Shown: piece after piece, positions 60,749 to 64,000 of the stretch | Position numbering within the stretch: the stretch's first letter is position 1 | How the letters are laid out: each line of letters opens with the position of its first letter | Source of the DNA: Macrostomum hystrix | Lineage: Eukaryota > Animalia > Platyhelminthes | Direction: 5' to 3' | Assembly: GCA_950097015.1 (NCBI GenBank) | Contig: CATNEN010000034.1 | Coordinates: 1,674,001 to 1,738,000 of the forward strand | Length of the DNA stretch: 64,000 nt | Program-made: the position numbers and the translations under genes | The notes under the pieces: generated by a model | What the model was told of the DNA's origin: nothing | What the model saw: the letters and a program-made list of their open reading frames with translations, nothing else | Database searches by the model: none

Positions 60749-61771
60749 GCTTGGCTTTGCTTTTAAGAAGTGTCAACGCAGTGGAGCTGGGAATGTGCTG
60801 GGAATGCCTCCGAGCTGAAATGATTTTTTTTAATATTTTTGTTAGAATGCGACATAAGGTGGGAAATTCTGAATTCAAATCCTTCTTGAACAATTAGCTA
60901 TTTCTATATTATAACCAACGGTTTGTTGGCTAAAGAACTTGCGATTAAAAGGCTGCGTATAAATTAATTGTAGGAAAGAGAAGAAAGATAATACTTCTAA
61001 TGGAAGGTAATAAAGATGGGTATACTGAAGAGTCTAATTAAGAAATGAAATGGAGGGTGATGATATTAGGTAATAATGATGGGTTATTCATGGAATCATG
61101 ATGAGTAGTTGAGGGTAATCATATTGATAGAGAGTAATGAACGTGGCAATAGGGGAATGGAAATAGGTAAAGAAGAAGGTTAATGAAGACATTAAATTAG
61201 ACGAAACAAAGATATAAACGAAGAAAATACGTTTATAACTACCTGAAAATTAAAGGAAATAAAATTTTCCACCGTTTAAGATCATTTATCTTGCTAATAG
61301 AAAGAAAAAAGTTAGACATGACATCGACAAACAAATGATTCAGAAATTAGTCACATACAGTTGTACTAAACAACCTGAGTCACTGGGTAACAGTTCGATT
61401 CTCTCTCTTTCTTTCCCAGATACTTCAAGCAGGCAATTGTTTATATCGGACTGCAAATGCAAGGTGACAGCTTGGTAAGCTAAAGTAGCAGCAAAATCAA
61501 AAGCTTTTTCGCCCGCTATTGGCGGATAAACAGGTGAGAAAGTGGGTCTCAGCCTGCAATGTACATGTAAAATAGACATTAGTAAAATAAAAAAAATATT
61601 CAAAGAGGGCCACGCCAGTGCATTTTTTTCTTTAATATTAAATGTGTAATGCCGGAACAAGACAATATGCACTGATGAAGACTTTCATAGAAGAAACGGA
61701 GAAAAAAGGAGAGAGACACCAGGCTACTCAAAAAATAGGGATGGCAAATATTGAGACCGCGCTCATTAGTT

Positions 61772-62069
61772 TCAGGTGTGCTCCGCATAGTTCTCAGTGC
61801 GCATGTCCGCCAAGCCAAGGTTCTCATTCTGCTCCTCGGTACGATCGTATCGCTCGCAAATGAGCTGTGGATCTGGATCCGGGGCGCACAGGTTCTGCAG
61901 GTAGGAATTGCCGGCCGGGTCGTCCAGGATGAGCCTGAATTCCGGCTGGGCCTCGTCCGGCCCGCTAGCAACGGTTGCTAGGGTGGTTAGGCGGACCAGG
62001 AAGTCGGAGAAGCGAGGAGTTTCCACAGCGTCGCCTAGCAGACAGGGATTGGTCTCGGCGAGGCTGTCC
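61772..62069 (-). CDS. ZPR1: ZPR1 zinc-finger protein, terminal coding exon only
   Basis: After acceptor CCTCCACAG: DSLAETNPCLLGD...FRLILDDPAGNSYLQNLCAPDPDPQLICERYDRTEEQNENLGLADMRTENY*, the characteristic ZPR1 C-terminus. Upstream exons not identified in the window. Confidence 0.88.
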
Positions 62070-63471
62070 CTGTGGAGGCATGACGACAGAAAGATTGAGA
62101 AGCTGCTTAAATTATGCACTGAAAACTGTAAAGTAAACAAAATATTGCAAGACTGTTTGGACACAACAAATGATAGGATGGGCTGCACTTGGCTTAAATG
62201 TTTGGAGTGAATGAACCAAGAAAATCATCTTATGATTTTCAATTAAAGACTAGCTTGCAGTGTGTGAATAATGGAGGGATTTGTGTAACATGAATACTCT
62301 GCTATTCTCTAAATTTGAGACCAAAATTCGCCATTGTCTAGAGAGTTGTAAAATATGCTTTTGCTTAACGCGCTACTTAAAGTAATGTCACAAGGAAACC
62401 TCAGCCATAACGTTTAATCTAATTTTAGAAATGAGCCATGCGCTATTTTTAGAAACAAAGTCATGTGACATGAAACCGGAGAACCGGTTCTCGACAGCTG
62501 TATTTGCTTGAATTCCAAATATGGTAATGTTCACCTGAAAAACCCCCAAAACGCAGCCGAACAAACAAGTTTGACCTCACTGTGCAAACATGTATGCCCA
62601 ATGTAAACACCCGGTCCTAAACCGGTTTGCCCTAAAATTTTACTATAAATATAAGCGAAAATCCGAGCTGAGAATTCAGACTCGGAGCGGTCCACCGGAC
62701 TTCAAAACACCTTACGAAGAAGAGGACTCATCTCTGAGGGAAAGACAAGTGGTAAGCGCTTTACTAGACAGAGTTATTTATTGCTAGCAATAGTTGTTGA
62801 ATTGAACTAAGTTTACGAGAGCCACATATCGTCGATACATTTGAGAAAGGCCTCCTTGTTTCCTAGGATACATTCCTAGAGGATTATTGATTGATTTGAT
62901 TTGAGTTATCCGTTATCTTTCGGAGGTAACAAAGAAGACGCCCTTCAGGAGGACCTCATTAGAGATATACAAGAGAGATTTCAATTGTTCACTAGGGCGC
63001 ACGTTTCTATTGTGAATTCCGAGCTCGAGGAAACCGACAAGTAATCTGATTCGCTCTCGTCATTTATTGGCCAACAGACAAACTCAAGCAGCTGCCAGGA
63101 AGACAAAAGAAGACAAGAAGACTACAAAGACTCAAGAAGCAACAGAACCGATACTTCACGGTCGATCAGTACAAGGAGAAGAAGAACCGCCGGCTGTCGA
63201 AGACCAGAAGACTACAAACTACTTAAGGAATAAGAAGCAATTGCAGTAAGTGTCACGTGACTGTTATAAATTCCTAGGCAGTTAATTGTTCCCCATTGTC
63301 TAGAAGTGGGAGTTTCGTGTGTCTGATCAACACGCAAAACTCTTCATTTGAAAATAGAACATGCCCAAAGTGTAGAGTCGAAGTAGAGAACAAAGTTGAT
63401 ATATTCTGTTTAGATACAATTGGTCAGGCTATGTTATAAATAAACAACGCCGCTGCCCATAGGTCATAGTT

Positions 63472-63810
63472 AGGGGGGTCGGCAGCAGAGCGGTTAAAGC
63501 GTTTGCCTCTCGCACAAAGGTCCCTGAGCTCGATTTCGCGGCGAGGCCACATTTATTTGGGGCGCAGTCGCGGAGAGAAGGCCTGAGGGCTTGTCGTGCA
63601 ATTTACGTCCTTGAGGGCCAACCTCCAAGGCACAGTGAAATGTACACTGCCTGACGATGAGAAAGTCAGGGCAGATGTACACACTTGTGTGCGTGTGTGC
63701 TCAGGAGTCAGCGAAATAGGCAGAATTGCCTCCTCGCTGGCTTCGGGTCTTAGTGTCACTCAATAATGTGCCATTGCCCGCAGCCCTCTTGCAATTATTA
63801 TATTATTATA
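63472..63810 (+). mobile_element. Full-length tRNA-derived SINE with (ATT)n tail and diverged TSD
   Basis: tRNA-like head (GGCAGCAGAGCGGTTAAAGCG...GAGCTCGATTTC), body, tail; flanked by TAGGTCATAGTT (63460-63471) and TAGGCCATGGTT (63809-63820), 10/12 identical. Confidence 0.85.
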
Positions 63811-64000
63811 GGCCATGGTTTTATTTCAGAATTTCTGTAACTGTTCTATTGTCCCTTTCCCATGTGCAATATAACTATGCATTCTAGATCCCAGTTAAAA
63901 TGTCTGTGCTGAAAAAACCACAAATCAGCGTGCGCATTGTAATAAGAACAAAATTAATATGCCTTACTAAAATGAAAAAACAATAAAGATAGATTCTTTA

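Noticed and set aside
59061-60818. Several + strand ORFs overlapping NASP (and similar antisense ORFs over prominin, eIF4A, the carboxypeptidase and the coiled-coil gene)
   Set aside because: Shadow ORFs of GC-rich coding strands with no motif support.

Overview
Eukaryotic (metazoan) genomic DNA. Intron-containing genes with GC-rich exons sit among AT-rich 5' regions, and most longer introns carry their own minisatellite. This style is reminiscent of a free-living flatworm such as Macrostomum, but the species is my inference and was not verified. I reconstructed ten genes by hand from GT-AG splice sites with consistent reading-frame phase. They are: a secreted M14A zinc carboxypeptidase (-, 3' end outside the window); a 77-aa secreted neuropeptide-like prohormone absent from the ORF track (+), head-to-head with the carboxypeptidase around an inverted CCAAT pair; NAP1 (+); a tandem PH-like/polyQ protein (+); PP2A B55 (+); an unassigned coiled-coil protein (-); eIF4A (+); a prominin-like 5-TM protein (-); an intronless NASP (-); and the last exon of ZPR1 (-). 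Repetitive DNA includes a decayed MULE transposase, a hAT MITE with target-site duplication, four copies of a tRNA-derived SINE, a 6-kb 61-bp satellite and about 20 mini/microsatellites. Most long ORFs in the supplied track are repeat-derived or antisense artefacts. The most promising novel item is the neuropeptide precursor/carboxypeptidase divergent pair.
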